Source: Candidatus Dojkabacteria bacterium
GTDB lineage: Bacteria > Patescibacteriota > Dojkabacteria > SC72
Direction of reading: 5' to 3'
Assembly: GCA_050943415.1 (NCBI GenBank)
Contig: JBMNPD010000002.1
Coordinates: 5,036 to 69,035 of the forward strand
Length of the DNA stretch: 64,000 bases
Made by a program: the position numbers and the translations under genes. The notes under the pieces were generated by a model. The model was not told the origin of the DNA and searched no databases. It was given only the letters and a program-made list of their open reading frames with translations. Shown one piece after another: positions 10,823 to 20,582 of the stretch (position 1 is the stretch's first letter; each line of letters opens with the position of its first letter).

Positions 10823-11878
10823 TTAAACTAATTCGTCCCAAGATTTTTGTACTCTTTGTAACAGGTCAATATGGTCTAACATTAAAGCTGTTCCTCTGGC
10901 TGCAGCGGCAAGTGGATCATCTACTATTTTGACAGGTATATTTAGTTGTTCTGAAAGATATGTATCAATTCCACGAATTAAAGCTCCTCCTCCAGCTAGG
11001 TATACTCCTGATGTAAGTAAATCTTTGAGAAGTTCAGGCGGAGTATCTTCAATGGCATCTTTGACGGATTCTGTAATTATTTCGATTGTATTCATGATTG
11101 CCTCTCTTATCTCAATGCTGTTAATCTCTACTGTTTTTGGTAGTCCTGTAAGTAGATCTCTTCCTTGTACTCCTTGCTTTTTCTCTTTTTTAAGAGGGAT
11201 AGCTGATCCCATTAGTATTTTAATATCTTCAGCACTTCTCTCTCCAATTAGTACGTTATATTTGCTTCGAATATAGTTGATGATATCTTCGTCCATTTCA
11301 TCTCCTGCTATTTTTATTGTTTTATCTACAACAATATCACCAAGGGAAAATACTGCTATGTCGGTTGTACCTCCACCAATATCGATAATCATGCTACCTG
11401 AAGCATCTTCAACAGGTAGTCCTGCCCCTATTGCTCCTGCCATTGATTCTTCAACTATATATGCTTCTCTTGCTCCTGCTGTTTTGACAGCATCTATGAC
11501 AGCTTGTCTTTCTACTTCTGTAACTGAGGAAGTTACTCCAACAATTACTCGTGGTCTTGGTATTTTAAATCCTTTATCAAAATATGTGTGTGCTTTTTTG
11601 ATGAAGTGGGATACCATTGCTTGTGTTGTATCAAAGTCAGAGATAACTCCATCGTGTAATGGTTTAACAGCAACTATATTTGCAGGAGTTCTTCCAATCA
11701 TTTGTCTAGCTTCTTTTCCTACAGCAAGAACTACCTTGGTTCTCTTATCTATTGCAACAACGGATGGTTCAGAGACTACTACTCCATGGTTCCTCATATA
11801 TACCATGGTATTAGCAGTACCTAGGTCTATACCGAAATCGTATGTGACTAGTTCCCAGATTGAATCGAATATACTCAT
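10823..11878 (-). CDS. mreB: Rod shape-determining protein MreB
   Basis: GIDLGTANT, EPSVVA, IDIGGGTT, LAGGGA. Confidence 0.96.
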   Translation of the reverse strand: MSIFDSIWELVTYDFGIDLGTANTMVYMRNHGVVVSEPSVVAIDKRTKVVLAVGKEARQMIGRTPANIVAVKPLHDGVISDFDTTQAMVSHFIKKAHTYFDKGFKIPRPRVIVGVTSSVTEVERQAVIDAVKTAGAREAYIVEESMAGAIGAGLPVEDASGSMIIDIGGGTTDIAVFSLGDIVVDKTIKIAGDEMDEDIINYIRSKYNVLIGERSAEDIKILMGSAIPLKKEKKQGVQGRDLLTGLPKTVEINSIEIREAIMNTIEIITESVKDAIEDTPPELLKDLLTSGVYLAGGGALIRGIDTYLSEQLNIPVKIVDDPLAAAARGTALMLDHIDLLQRVQKSWDELV

Positions 11879-12019
11879 GTGTAAAAGACATTACTAATTA
11901 GTTGAGTTATTTTAACATTATTTGAGGAAGAAATGTATATACTTATTTTCAACTTTTTATTACTGTCTATATACAAACAAATAATTTGTTCAGATGTGAA
12001 TAGTTGTAAAAAACTTGTA

Positions 12020-12829
12020 CTACTTATACATAAACGAAATATCCTTTAAGGTAACTCCACTATTCAGATAACTAATCAGAGATGAACCAAGGATACTTTG
12101 CATAGTTGTAGACGTAGCAAGTGAGCATATTTTCTTTACCCTATCATCATTAGAAGTACCTTCTTGAATAATTCCGTTAGCTAGAAAAACATTATCTGCG
12201 AAATTTGCCACAACATATGCTTCATACTCTTTTCTCTCAGGTGGGAGATTAGTTCCAGCTTTATTCTGTAAGATATGTATTAGCTCGTGTAGTATACTCA
12301 TGGAATCAACATTCTCCCTAATCATTTTTTCAGCTTCTCCGACACCTTTCATATCGTCTTCAATCAAAAACATTTCATCTTGATGAGTTACAAATGCTCT
12401 AAGATTAGAAGGAAAATCAACTGGTAATTCTTCTCTTGAAATTCTATTGAAGATTACTCCATTATTAGCAAGGAGACCAATTAGATATGTATAGTAAGAA
12501 TCATATTCATCCTCCTTTTTAATCTGCTCAGGTGGCTTTATCCCATACTTATTAAAGATTTCGACCCTATCCCTAAATAATACATTCATAAGCTGAACAG
12601 GATTCTCATGCATATCTACACCTGTTAGTATTTTTGATAGTTCGTTTGCTGGATCTTTAACTACTTGCTTCTCTTTTTCAACAACTTCTGTATTTGCCGA
12701 TTCTGGAGGTGTTTTTTCTACATCCTGCTTTGCAATATTATTTTCAGACGAATTGTCATCTTCATTAATAATTTCTGGGGAAACTTCATTATCTTTTTCT
12801 GTACCATCAGAACCAAAACTCTCTATCAT
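12020..12829 (-). CDS. Hypothetical protein with HExxH motif
   Basis: Acidic N-terminus; ILHELIHILQ followed by E.EAY; start codon uncertain. Confidence 0.65.
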   Translation of the reverse strand: MIESFGSDGTEKDNEVSPEIINEDDNSSENNIAKQDVEKTPPESANTEVVEKEKQVVKDPANELSKILTGVDMHENPVQLMNVLFRDRVEIFNKYGIKPPEQIKKEDEYDSYYTYLIGLLANNGVIFNRISREELPVDFPSNLRAFVTHQDEMFLIEDDMKGVGEAEKMIRENVDSMSILHELIHILQNKAGTNLPPERKEYEAYVVANFADNVFLANGIIQEGTSNDDRVKKICSLATSTTMQSILGSSLISYLNSGVTLKDISFMYK

Positions 12830-12870
12830 ATGTAGAGAGTAACATAAAAAATTGGAAAACAAAACGAGGT

Positions 12871-13083
12871 TTACTCTTGTTCTTTTCTAAGCTTCTTGTA
12901 GCACTTCATACAAGCAACTATCTTGGTCTTAATACCATCTATTTCCACTTCTATATTTCTTAGATTTGGTTTAAAAGCTCTTTTTGTTTTAGGAGCTTTG
13001 TATCTCCATCCTGTAGAGTGTTTGTGTTGGATTCTATTTCCAAACACAGTAGATTTTGCACATAATTCACATGTCTTTGCCAT
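12871..13083 (-). CDS. rpmB: 50S ribosomal protein L28
   Basis: MAKTCELC..GN...TKRAFKPNL...C..C. Confidence 0.92.
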   Translation of the reverse strand: MAKTCELCAKSTVFGNRIQHKHSTGWRYKAPKTKRAFKPNLRNIEVEIDGIKTKIVACMKCYKKLRKEQE

Positions 13084-13181
13084 AATGGGGAGAATTATAT
13101 ATTAAAAAATGTATAGAAGCAAGGTAAATATTAAATATATGAACTAAGTTGCCCTGTAATAATAATTAGTATAGATATTAG

Positions 13182-14309
13182 TTAGTTTCTATTTCTTAAC
13201 TCCTCTATTTCCTTTTCTCTCTTTTCGTTCTCTTGCGAATAATAGTCATGTGCTTTTTTAAAATTAAAGGGCCTTCCATACATATTAAAACCTTTTTTCA
13301 CTTCAGAAAGTAATATCTTCCGTAATTCACCACTTAGTGGAATTCCGTAATCTGAGAATCTTTGTAAAATAGTATTAAGATTTTCAAATTTATTTTCTAA
13401 AGTTAAATACAAATTTTCTTTCAAACGACGTATTTCTGCTTTGTTTGATTCTAACATTTCTGACTTTATCTTTAATAAACCTCCTTCAACTATCCACGTA
13501 TTTCCACGAGTCTCTTGATCATCTTTATAGTTCCTCCAACACTCTTTCAAATATTCATATATATCTTCTTCCTTTTCTTGCCTTTTTTGATAATTCTTTA
13601 AGTCGATTATGTATTCCATAACAATCGACTTATCAGAATACTCTCTCGCATTATAAGATAATCTGACTTGTATATCAGCCCTAAATTCATCTGGTGTACC
13701 TATCAAACCTTTTTCTAAGAAATAAGAATGACGGTATCTAGAACCTAAACCAATTAAATCTTCTTCACGGAAGAACTGTCTATTAAATCTATTTCTAGAG
13801 ATTCTTTGAAGTGCTAAACCTCTACATCTTTCTATTTGACTTTTTTGTTTTTCAAATTGCTCCTCATCGTTTTTTTCATCATTTTTATCCAAACGCCATA
13901 ACTCTTCTGAGAAAAAATTAGCTGCTAAAATATCCAAAACATAATCCCTATATTGTACTTTATAGCTTTTTTCTTCATCATCCTCTGTTGTTTCTGTTAC
14001 ACTATTGATTATGTCAGATGCATGATTAATATATACATCCCAACTTTCATCACCTTCTTCATAAACATACCAATTTTCATAATCTTTGTCTTCTGAAGAA
14101 AGGAAACCAAATTGCACAACTCCAAGTCCGCCTAATACATTACTACCTTCTTTTAAATTTCTTAAATAGGACATAGCAACTTTTGCAAATAATTCTTTAT
14201 CTGCTAAAAGTTCTTCATCTGTTTTCTCACTTGCAATAGCTATTACTTCTTCAACTCCTATATAGCTATCAACTTCTTGAGAGTTACAACCAATTTTTCT
14301 TTCTATCAT
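13182..14309 (-). CDS. Hypothetical protein (375 aa, charged)
   Basis: Long ORF, no recognised motif. Confidence 0.7.
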   Translation of the reverse strand: MIERKIGCNSQEVDSYIGVEEVIAIASEKTDEELLADKELFAKVAMSYLRNLKEGSNVLGGLGVVQFGFLSSEDKDYENWYVYEEGDESWDVYINHASDIINSVTETTEDDEEKSYKVQYRDYVLDILAANFFSEELWRLDKNDEKNDEEQFEKQKSQIERCRGLALQRISRNRFNRQFFREEDLIGLGSRYRHSYFLEKGLIGTPDEFRADIQVRLSYNAREYSDKSIVMEYIIDLKNYQKRQEKEEDIYEYLKECWRNYKDDQETRGNTWIVEGGLLKIKSEMLESNKAEIRRLKENLYLTLENKFENLNTILQRFSDYGIPLSGELRKILLSEVKKGFNMYGRPFNFKKAHDYYSQENEKREKEIEELRNRN

Positions 14310-14485
14310 AGCTTTTTAATTTTTAAATTTATTGGGCGATTATATCCTATAGGTATTTATTTAGCAATATTATGTATTGGATAGAAAAGTATTACTGAAA
14401 AGGAAATAAATATATACTTTCTTCTAAACTTAACTCGGTCGAATTCGACTGAATTAAATCCTTTGTAACACATACTACATACAAA

Positions 14486-14507
14486 AACCCCTCGAATTCG
14501 AGGGGTT
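14486..14507. terminator. Perfect 22-bp palindrome at 3' end of murE (probable terminator)
   Basis: AACCCCTCGAATTCGAGGGGTT followed by a T-run on the minus strand. Confidence 0.55.
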
Positions 14508-14510
14508 ATA

Positions 14511-16094
14511 TTACAGGCTCTCCTGCACAATCAACTTCCTAACCTCATCTATATCATTCCAATCATACTCTACATTCCCAAAACAAAGAGAACTCTCATG
14601 AGATTTACCAGTAATAATAACAACATCATTCTCTTTAGCTAACTCAAAAGCTTTCAATATAGCATCTCTTCTAACCTGTACATTTATAGTATCATCATCA
14701 AACCGAAATATCTCAGCCTCTTTGTTACCACCCTCTCTCCACCCCCTCTCTATCTCATCATTAATATCTTTCAAACTCTCAAATCTAGGATCTTCTGCTG
14801 TAAGAATTGAAATATCCGCATACTCATTAGATGTCTTACCCATATTAAACCTCTTCCCAGGATCTCTCTGCCCTGCACAACCAAAGACATGAATTAATTT
14901 AGAACCATCTTTTAGAAGTTTCTTAGCTGCCTTTAAAGCATTTAAAGTTGAATTAGAAGTATGTGCAAAATCTACAATCACAACAAAAGGTTTCTGTTGA
15001 AGAACCTCCATTCTCCCAGCAACAGGCTGAAAAGTAGCTATACTCTTTACCAAATCTTCTAATGCAACACCCTCATTAGAACAAATAGAGAGAGCACAAA
15101 GGAAATTACTTACATTAAACAACCCAATTAGAGGAAGTGTACACTCTAAACCATTTACCTTTAGAGTTATGCTACTCTCATTCTCAACAATATCTGTAGC
15201 ACAGAAGTCCGCCTCCTTAGTTATACTGTATGAAGAATAGCCTTTTGTTATGCTTTTCAACTTCTCAAAAGAATCATCATCTTCATTTAATGTAACTTTG
15301 CCATTCTCTTTTAAATGATCCGTTATTAACAAAGCCTTAGATTGAAAGTATTTCTCTAATGTTTTGTGATAGTCTAGATGCTCTGTAGTAATATTGGTAT
15401 ATCCAACATTATCAAACTTAATACCTGCCAACCTACCCTGCTCTAGACCATGCGAAGTTGACTCAATGATAATATGGGTACACTCATTCTCCTCTGCCTT
15501 CTTTATCAATTCAAAAAGATTCTGTGCAGTAGGAGTTGTAGTATGGAAACCTGTATCTATCTGCTCGTCACCTATGTATGCAGCTACTGTTGTAATCAAT
15601 GCAGGTTTAAAACCATTCTCTTTTAACATATGGTATATCATTGTTGATGTTGTAGTCTTACCATCTGTACCTGTCACAGAGATATACCTCATCTTCTCAA
15701 GGTCAATGTTAAACAATGGAGCTATATTTGACTTCAAAAAAGCCTCTTTCTCTTTTTCATTAAGTAAATTGTTCTCATAATCTTTAACTAATTTGTGATA
15801 GAACTCACCTACCTCAAATTTTGGTAATGTTGGATTAGCTTTAGTCACCTTATCCAAGATAGCCGAAGGAATATTTGAGGAAAAAATGTAAAAATCTGTA
15901 TCAAAAACCTCCTCTTCTGGATTTCTGTAGTTTATCTTTACTCCCAAATCCTCTAACTCTTTTGTCCTCTCACCCTCTTTTACATCAAAACCCTCTACAT
16001 GAACACCTAATGCAACTAAGAATTTAGCTAAATAATATGCACCTTCTCCACCGATTCCTAAAACAGTAGCGTTCTTCATTTCTGAATATTTCAT
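14511..16094 (-). CDS. murE: MurE-type Mur ligase with MurC-like N-terminal domain
   Basis: VTGTDGKTTT, TTP, ESTSHGL, EHLDYH, VDFAH, FGCAG.RD, EDPR, ITGK. Confidence 0.85.
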   Translation of the reverse strand: MKYSEMKNATVLGIGGEGAYYLAKFLVALGVHVEGFDVKEGERTKELEDLGVKINYRNPEEEVFDTDFYIFSSNIPSAILDKVTKANPTLPKFEVGEFYHKLVKDYENNLLNEKEKEAFLKSNIAPLFNIDLEKMRYISVTGTDGKTTTSTMIYHMLKENGFKPALITTVAAYIGDEQIDTGFHTTTPTAQNLFELIKKAEENECTHIIIESTSHGLEQGRLAGIKFDNVGYTNITTEHLDYHKTLEKYFQSKALLITDHLKENGKVTLNEDDDSFEKLKSITKGYSSYSITKEADFCATDIVENESSITLKVNGLECTLPLIGLFNVSNFLCALSICSNEGVALEDLVKSIATFQPVAGRMEVLQQKPFVVIVDFAHTSNSTLNALKAAKKLLKDGSKLIHVFGCAGQRDPGKRFNMGKTSNEYADISILTAEDPRFESLKDINDEIERGWREGGNKEAEIFRFDDDTINVQVRRDAILKAFELAKENDVVIITGKSHESSLCFGNVEYDWNDIDEVRKLIVQESL

Positions 16095-17413
16095 TTTGAT
16101 ATATTGATAAAATTAAGAATTTTCTTTAAATCTCCAGCACTAGCCAATATACCCACCCAGGTATCGTCAAAACCCTCTACGTCAATCATTTTAGCAGTCT
16201 CTTCAAAAGAGTGAGTGTTCAATATCTCCTTCTCAGGATTCTTCTTTTGCAAAATATCAACAAATTCATCAACCGTTATTAACTTCCTCTCCTCTTCTGT
16301 TTCCCTTGCAGGAGAAAAGATATTTGGTATATACAGAACATCTAAATCAGATATACTCTCTGCAAATTGATTTTTAAAAGAGTATGTCCTCTCATGGCTA
16401 TGTGGTTGCCATACTAACAAAATCTTCTTCTCTGGAAAACAACTTTTAACTCCATTTAAGCAGGATGCTATTTTCTTTGGATTATGGGCATAATCTAGAT
16501 ACAAAGACATACCATTTTTAGTTCTACCTAGCAATTCCATTCTAGATGCAACACCAGGGAAGTCACTAATATCTACGTTAAAACCAAGAATTTTACCAAC
16601 ACATAACGCTCTAAGAACATTCTCCTTGTTATACTCCCCCATTAAATTACAATTCACACTTGCACACTCTTCTCTAAATTCTCCACAATCCATTATCTTT
16701 GCATCACTCTTAACATTCTTCAGTACATCTTCAGCATTAGAACCACCTCTATCTATAACTATTGTATTAACTGTATTGGAAAGGAATTCAGAGAAAGCAC
16801 TGCTGTAGTCATTTTGGTCTTTGTAATAATCCGTATGATCTAGTTCAATATTTGTAACTACAGAGATATATGGAGCTGGAGCTCTATCTAGAAATTGTCT
16901 TCTGTATTCACACGCTTCAATAACAAGATATTCAGATTCTTCATTGTAGTTCCAAGATTTGTTAATACCTAAAATACTGTCTCCAATTATGAAGTTTGGT
17001 AAATATCCAAAAGCTTTGTACAAAGCCCATGTTGTTAGTGCAGATGTTGTAGTCTTACCATGTGTTCCAGCAATCGCTATAACCTTAAAATCTTTCCCTA
17101 TCTCTCCTACTAGCTTTGGCAGAATTATGGACTTAAGACCCTTTCTCTCTGTTTCCTCATACTCTGGATTGCCAGGTATTGGACCATTAGGATAGACAAC
17201 TAAATCGATATCATCTGTAATATACCTACTATCATGTCCTCCCTCGTACAAAACTCCTCTCTTTATCCACTCTTTCGCACTTTTGGATTCTTGATTGAAT
17301 TCAGATGCTGTAACTTTTACTCCTTTGTTAATGAGGTAGTTTGCACAGAAACTACTAAAGCCAGACGCTATTCCTATGAAGTGTACTTTTTTAAGTTTAC
17401 TAATATCTATCAT
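16091..17413 (-). CDS. murC: UDP-N-acetylmuramate--L-alanine ligase
   Basis: VHFIGI, IAGTHGKTTT, EACEY, NIELDH, DYAHNP, WQPH. Confidence 0.92.
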   Translation of the reverse strand: MIDISKLKKVHFIGIASGFSSFCANYLINKGVKVTASEFNQESKSAKEWIKRGVLYEGGHDSRYITDDIDLVVYPNGPIPGNPEYEETERKGLKSIILPKLVGEIGKDFKVIAIAGTHGKTTTSALTTWALYKAFGYLPNFIIGDSILGINKSWNYNEESEYLVIEACEYRRQFLDRAPAPYISVVTNIELDHTDYYKDQNDYSSAFSEFLSNTVNTIVIDRGGSNAEDVLKNVKSDAKIMDCGEFREECASVNCNLMGEYNKENVLRALCVGKILGFNVDISDFPGVASRMELLGRTKNGMSLYLDYAHNPKKIASCLNGVKSCFPEKKILLVWQPHSHERTYSFKNQFAESISDLDVLYIPNIFSPARETEEERKLITVDEFVDILQKKNPEKEILNTHSFEETAKMIDVEGFDDTWVGILASAGDLKKILNFINISK

Positions 17414-18786
17414 TTTAATGAATTAACATAGTTTACATATTTCGCACCTCTATCAAATTCATTAAGGAACATATTAAAGCTGGTTGCACCTGGGCAGAGA
17501 ATTACCATATCTCCACTAGTAGCAAGTTCTAGTGCTTTGTCTACTGCTCCCTCAAGAGTTCCGTAGTATTTATGTACATAATCCTGTCCATTCATTAAGT
17601 CTGCAATCTTTTCAGAAGCTGTTCCCTCAAAAAGAACAAGTGCTTTTAATTGTTTTTTCATTTTTTCAACAACTTTGCTGTACTCTAAACCTTTATCCAT
17701 ACCTCCAGCTATCATCACTATCTTCCCACTTTGATCTTTAAATCTATCTAGCATGGCTACCATAGCTTCAACAGAAGTTGCAGTAGTATCGTTGTAGAAC
17801 TTAATACCTCTAATCTCTCTAACAAATTGTTGTCTGCCTTCAACTCCTTGGAAGTCTTTTAGAACAGCCATTATATCTGATACCTCTACTCCTAATTTTC
17901 TAGCAACAGCAACAGCTCCAAGAATATTGTAATGGTTATGTGTTCCTTGTAAAGGAATATGTTTAATATTCAGAAGCTTCTCTCCTTTCTCATATATGTC
18001 TAGGTTGGCATCCATATAGTACTCAGATTCACTGTTCTGTAAAGAGAATCGTATACCCTCGTGGGTATATCCATCTAGGGATGTAGAGGCTCTTTCATTA
18101 TCTAAATTAACAACAAGAACCCCATCTTTGTCTTGATATTTACATATGTTCTTCTTAGCCTCTATATATTCATCTAGATTTCCATGCCAATCTAGATGAT
18201 CTTCGTAGATATTTGTAACAACAGCAATATCTGGAGATTGTTTATTCTCTTCCATTGCATCTAGCTGGAAGCTTGAGAGTTCCAAAACTGCAATATCATC
18301 TTTGGTTAGTCTTGGAAGTTCCCTAATTACACTTTTTCCAATGTTACCTCCTAACAAGACCTTTTCTCCATACTTCTTTTTCAGAAATTCATATATTAAG
18401 GTACTAGTAGTCGATTTACCCTTTGTTCCTGTAATTCCTACTATCTTACAAGGAGCTAGTCTATGGAAAAGACTCATCTCCATCTCTATTCTCTTTCCCC
18501 CGTCTCTAGCTATTTGTAGGTACTTGTTGTTTGGTTTAATTGCAGGATTACGAACTACGATGTCATTGGATATGAAATCTGATTCTGTATGACCTCCTAG
18601 ATGAAGAGTTATCCTGTCTTTGTACTTCTCCAACTTTTCAAGTGTAGGCTTTAGTTCCTCCTTACTTTTACCATCAGTGATTGTAACGATAGCTCCTTGT
18701 TCTAAGAAGAACTCTGTCATTCCAAGGCCACCATCATTTAGACCGAGACCAAATATTAGCACTTTCTTACCTTTAAAGTCTTCCAT
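17410..18786 (-). CDS. murD: UDP-N-acetylmuramoyl-L-alanine--D-glutamate ligase
   Basis: GITGTKGKSTT, GGNIG, ELSSFQL, DHLDWH, SFNMF. Confidence 0.94.
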   Translation of the reverse strand: MEDFKGKKVLIFGLGLNDGGLGMTEFFLEQGAIVTITDGKSKEELKPTLEKLEKYKDRITLHLGGHTESDFISNDIVVRNPAIKPNNKYLQIARDGGKRIEMEMSLFHRLAPCKIVGITGTKGKSTTSTLIYEFLKKKYGEKVLLGGNIGKSVIRELPRLTKDDIAVLELSSFQLDAMEENKQSPDIAVVTNIYEDHLDWHGNLDEYIEAKKNICKYQDKDGVLVVNLDNERASTSLDGYTHEGIRFSLQNSESEYYMDANLDIYEKGEKLLNIKHIPLQGTHNHYNILGAVAVARKLGVEVSDIMAVLKDFQGVEGRQQFVREIRGIKFYNDTTATSVEAMVAMLDRFKDQSGKIVMIAGGMDKGLEYSKVVEKMKKQLKALVLFEGTASEKIADLMNGQDYVHKYYGTLEGAVDKALELATSGDMVILCPGATSFNMFLNEFDRGAKYVNYVNSLK

Positions 18787-18816
18787 ATTTTTACCAAATA
18801 TATACTAGTTAAACGC

Positions 18817-18840
18817 TACCCCCTGATACCTCAGGGGGTA
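18817..18840 (-). terminator. GC-rich hairpin after peroxiredoxin
   Basis: TACCCCCTGA-tacc-TCAGGGGGTA. Confidence 0.55.
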
Positions 18841-18861
18841 TGCAGGACGGCCTGGCAACAA

Positions 18862-19590
18862 CTACTTCTTTGACTTCTGGAGTTTCTTCTCTATCTCTCC
18901 TTTGCTTAATTTCTTTGTACAGAAGAACCAGTCATAGCACTTCATTGTTCTCTTGTCTTCCATTCTAGCCTTTGCTACACCACAAGAACCTGCAGTAGGA
19001 ACAATAACATCATCTCCTGGTCTCCAATCAGCTGGGGTTGCAACTCCGAATTCATCAGCTGTCTGCAATGCTTCCAAAACTCTTAGAATCTCATCAAAGT
19101 TTCTACCAGTACTTATTGGATAGTAGAGAATCGTTCGAATAATACCCTTTGGATCGATTATAAACACAGCTCTAACAGCTTTTGTACTACTCTCTCCGTC
19201 CTGTATCATTCCATACTTCTTAGCTACCTCCATTGTAATATCCTCTATTAGTGGGAATTTAACCTCAATATCCTTCATCCCTTTGTACTCTATCTTCTCC
19301 TTAATGGTTCGTAGCCAAGCAATATGACTGTACAAACCATCTACAGAAAGACCTACTAGCTTACAATTCAACTTCTCAAACTCTTTCTCAAGAGAGGCAA
19401 ATGTCATAAACTCAGAGGTACAAACAGGAGTAAAATCTGCAGGATGACTAAAAAGAATTACCCAACTACCTTTGTACTGCTCTGGAAATTTAATATCTCC
19501 CTGAGTTGTAACAGCCTTAAAAGAAGGTGCCTTATCCCCTATCCTCGGCATACTAAACTCTTGAGCCACATCCTTTACTTGCTCTTCCAT
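18862..19590 (-). CDS. Peroxiredoxin (Prx6/TDXH type)
   Basis: FSHPADFTPVCTSE, GRNFDEILR, TPADW, C-terminal DWFFC. Confidence 0.93.
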   Translation of the reverse strand: MEEQVKDVAQEFSMPRIGDKAPSFKAVTTQGDIKFPEQYKGSWVILFSHPADFTPVCTSEFMTFASLEKEFEKLNCKLVGLSVDGLYSHIAWLRTIKEKIEYKGMKDIEVKFPLIEDITMEVAKKYGMIQDGESSTKAVRAVFIIDPKGIIRTILYYPISTGRNFDEILRVLEALQTADEFGVATPADWRPGDDVIVPTAGSCGVAKARMEDKRTMKCYDWFFCTKKLSKGEIEKKLQKSKK

Positions 19591-19631
19591 AATTATCTAA
19601 AACTAAATTTAACTACACTCTATTGTAGCAT

Positions 19632-19659
19632 ACTGGGGCAGGCCTAGGCCTGCCCCAGT
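19632..19659. repeat. Perfect 28-bp GC-rich palindrome between divergent genes
   Basis: ACTGGGGCAGGCCTAGGCCTGCCCCAGT. Confidence 0.85.
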
Positions 19660-19681
19660 GAGATGGTGTATACTTTTAGCT

Positions 19682-20296
19682 ATGACATTAGATACAACAT
19701 GGATAATATTTGCACTACCATCAATAATTATCGCTTCTGGCGTCCATGAATTTGCTCATGCTTTTGCAGCTTTCAAGCTTGGCGATGCAACTGCTAAAGC
19801 AAATGGTAGAATGACAATAAATCCACTTGCACATATAGATCTTCTTGGAGTATTAAGTATGATATTTTTCAGATTTGGGTGGAGCAAACCTGTTCCAATA
19901 AATGAATATAACTTTGCAAACAGAAGACTTGGAACAGCACTAACAGCATTAGCAGGACCGTTTTCTAATCTCCTACTTCTACTTCTAGCAGCATTACTAA
20001 ACTGTATTTTTAAACCTGAACTTGGTTCAATGCTTCAACTTTTCCTTTTGATATTTGCAATTGTGAATTGTGCACTTGCTGTTTTTAACTTAATCCCCAT
20101 TCCACCACTAGATGGGCATAAGATTGTAAGAGGGCTTCTTCCAAAAAAACCAAGTTACTACTGGGATGATTTGGAGAATTATTCTGTAATATTGATTGTT
20201 TTACTAGTTATACCTGTCTTTCCATTTGGTTCTATAGCTTCGTTAATAATATCAACAGCTGTTAATGGAATCATTGATATACTAGGCTTTTATTAA
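19682..20296 (+). CDS. Site-2 protease (M50) family protein
   Basis: HEFAH, GDATAK..GR.T.NP..H.D, AGPFSN, FNLIPIPPLDG. Confidence 0.93.
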   Translation: MTLDTTWIIFALPSIIIASGVHEFAHAFAAFKLGDATAKANGRMTINPLAHIDLLGVLSMIFFRFGWSKPVPINEYNFANRRLGTALTALAGPFSNLLLLLLAALLNCIFKPELGSMLQLFLLIFAIVNCALAVFNLIPIPPLDGHKIVRGLLPKKPSYYWDDLENYSVILIVLLVIPVFPFGSIASLIISTAVNGIIDILGFY

Positions 20297-20355
20297 AGAC
20301 ACACTATCAGCCTAATTATATTTGTTTTGATTTTGCACCCATTATATAATTAATT

Positions 20356-20496
20356 GCTCTAGAGGGAACTATGGCGGTTTCATAGCTCGTTACAGTAGAG
20401 CTTGGGATCCCAAACAAAATCGCTCAGTCCCGTGGGATTGAGTTGAGGGAACCCACTTAGTTTTCAGAGCTCTATGATTCTGCCCCCTCTCGGAGC
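20356..20496 (+). ncRNA. ssrS: Probable 6S RNA (long hairpin with central bubble)
   Basis: End-to-end pairing GCTCT-AGAGGG/CCCTCT-CGGAGC, GGCGG/CTGCC, TCATAG/CTATGA, TGGG-TCCC/GGGA-CCCA, apical CTCAGTCCC/GGGATTGAG; TTGTTT-17-TATAAT promoter just upstream. Confidence 0.55.
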
Positions 20497-20582
20497 GTTT
20501 GTTCCACTAGTCATCCATATTATCTCTCAGACAAACATATTAAAATTGATAATCTTTACCCTTTTTAATATAATACGACACT

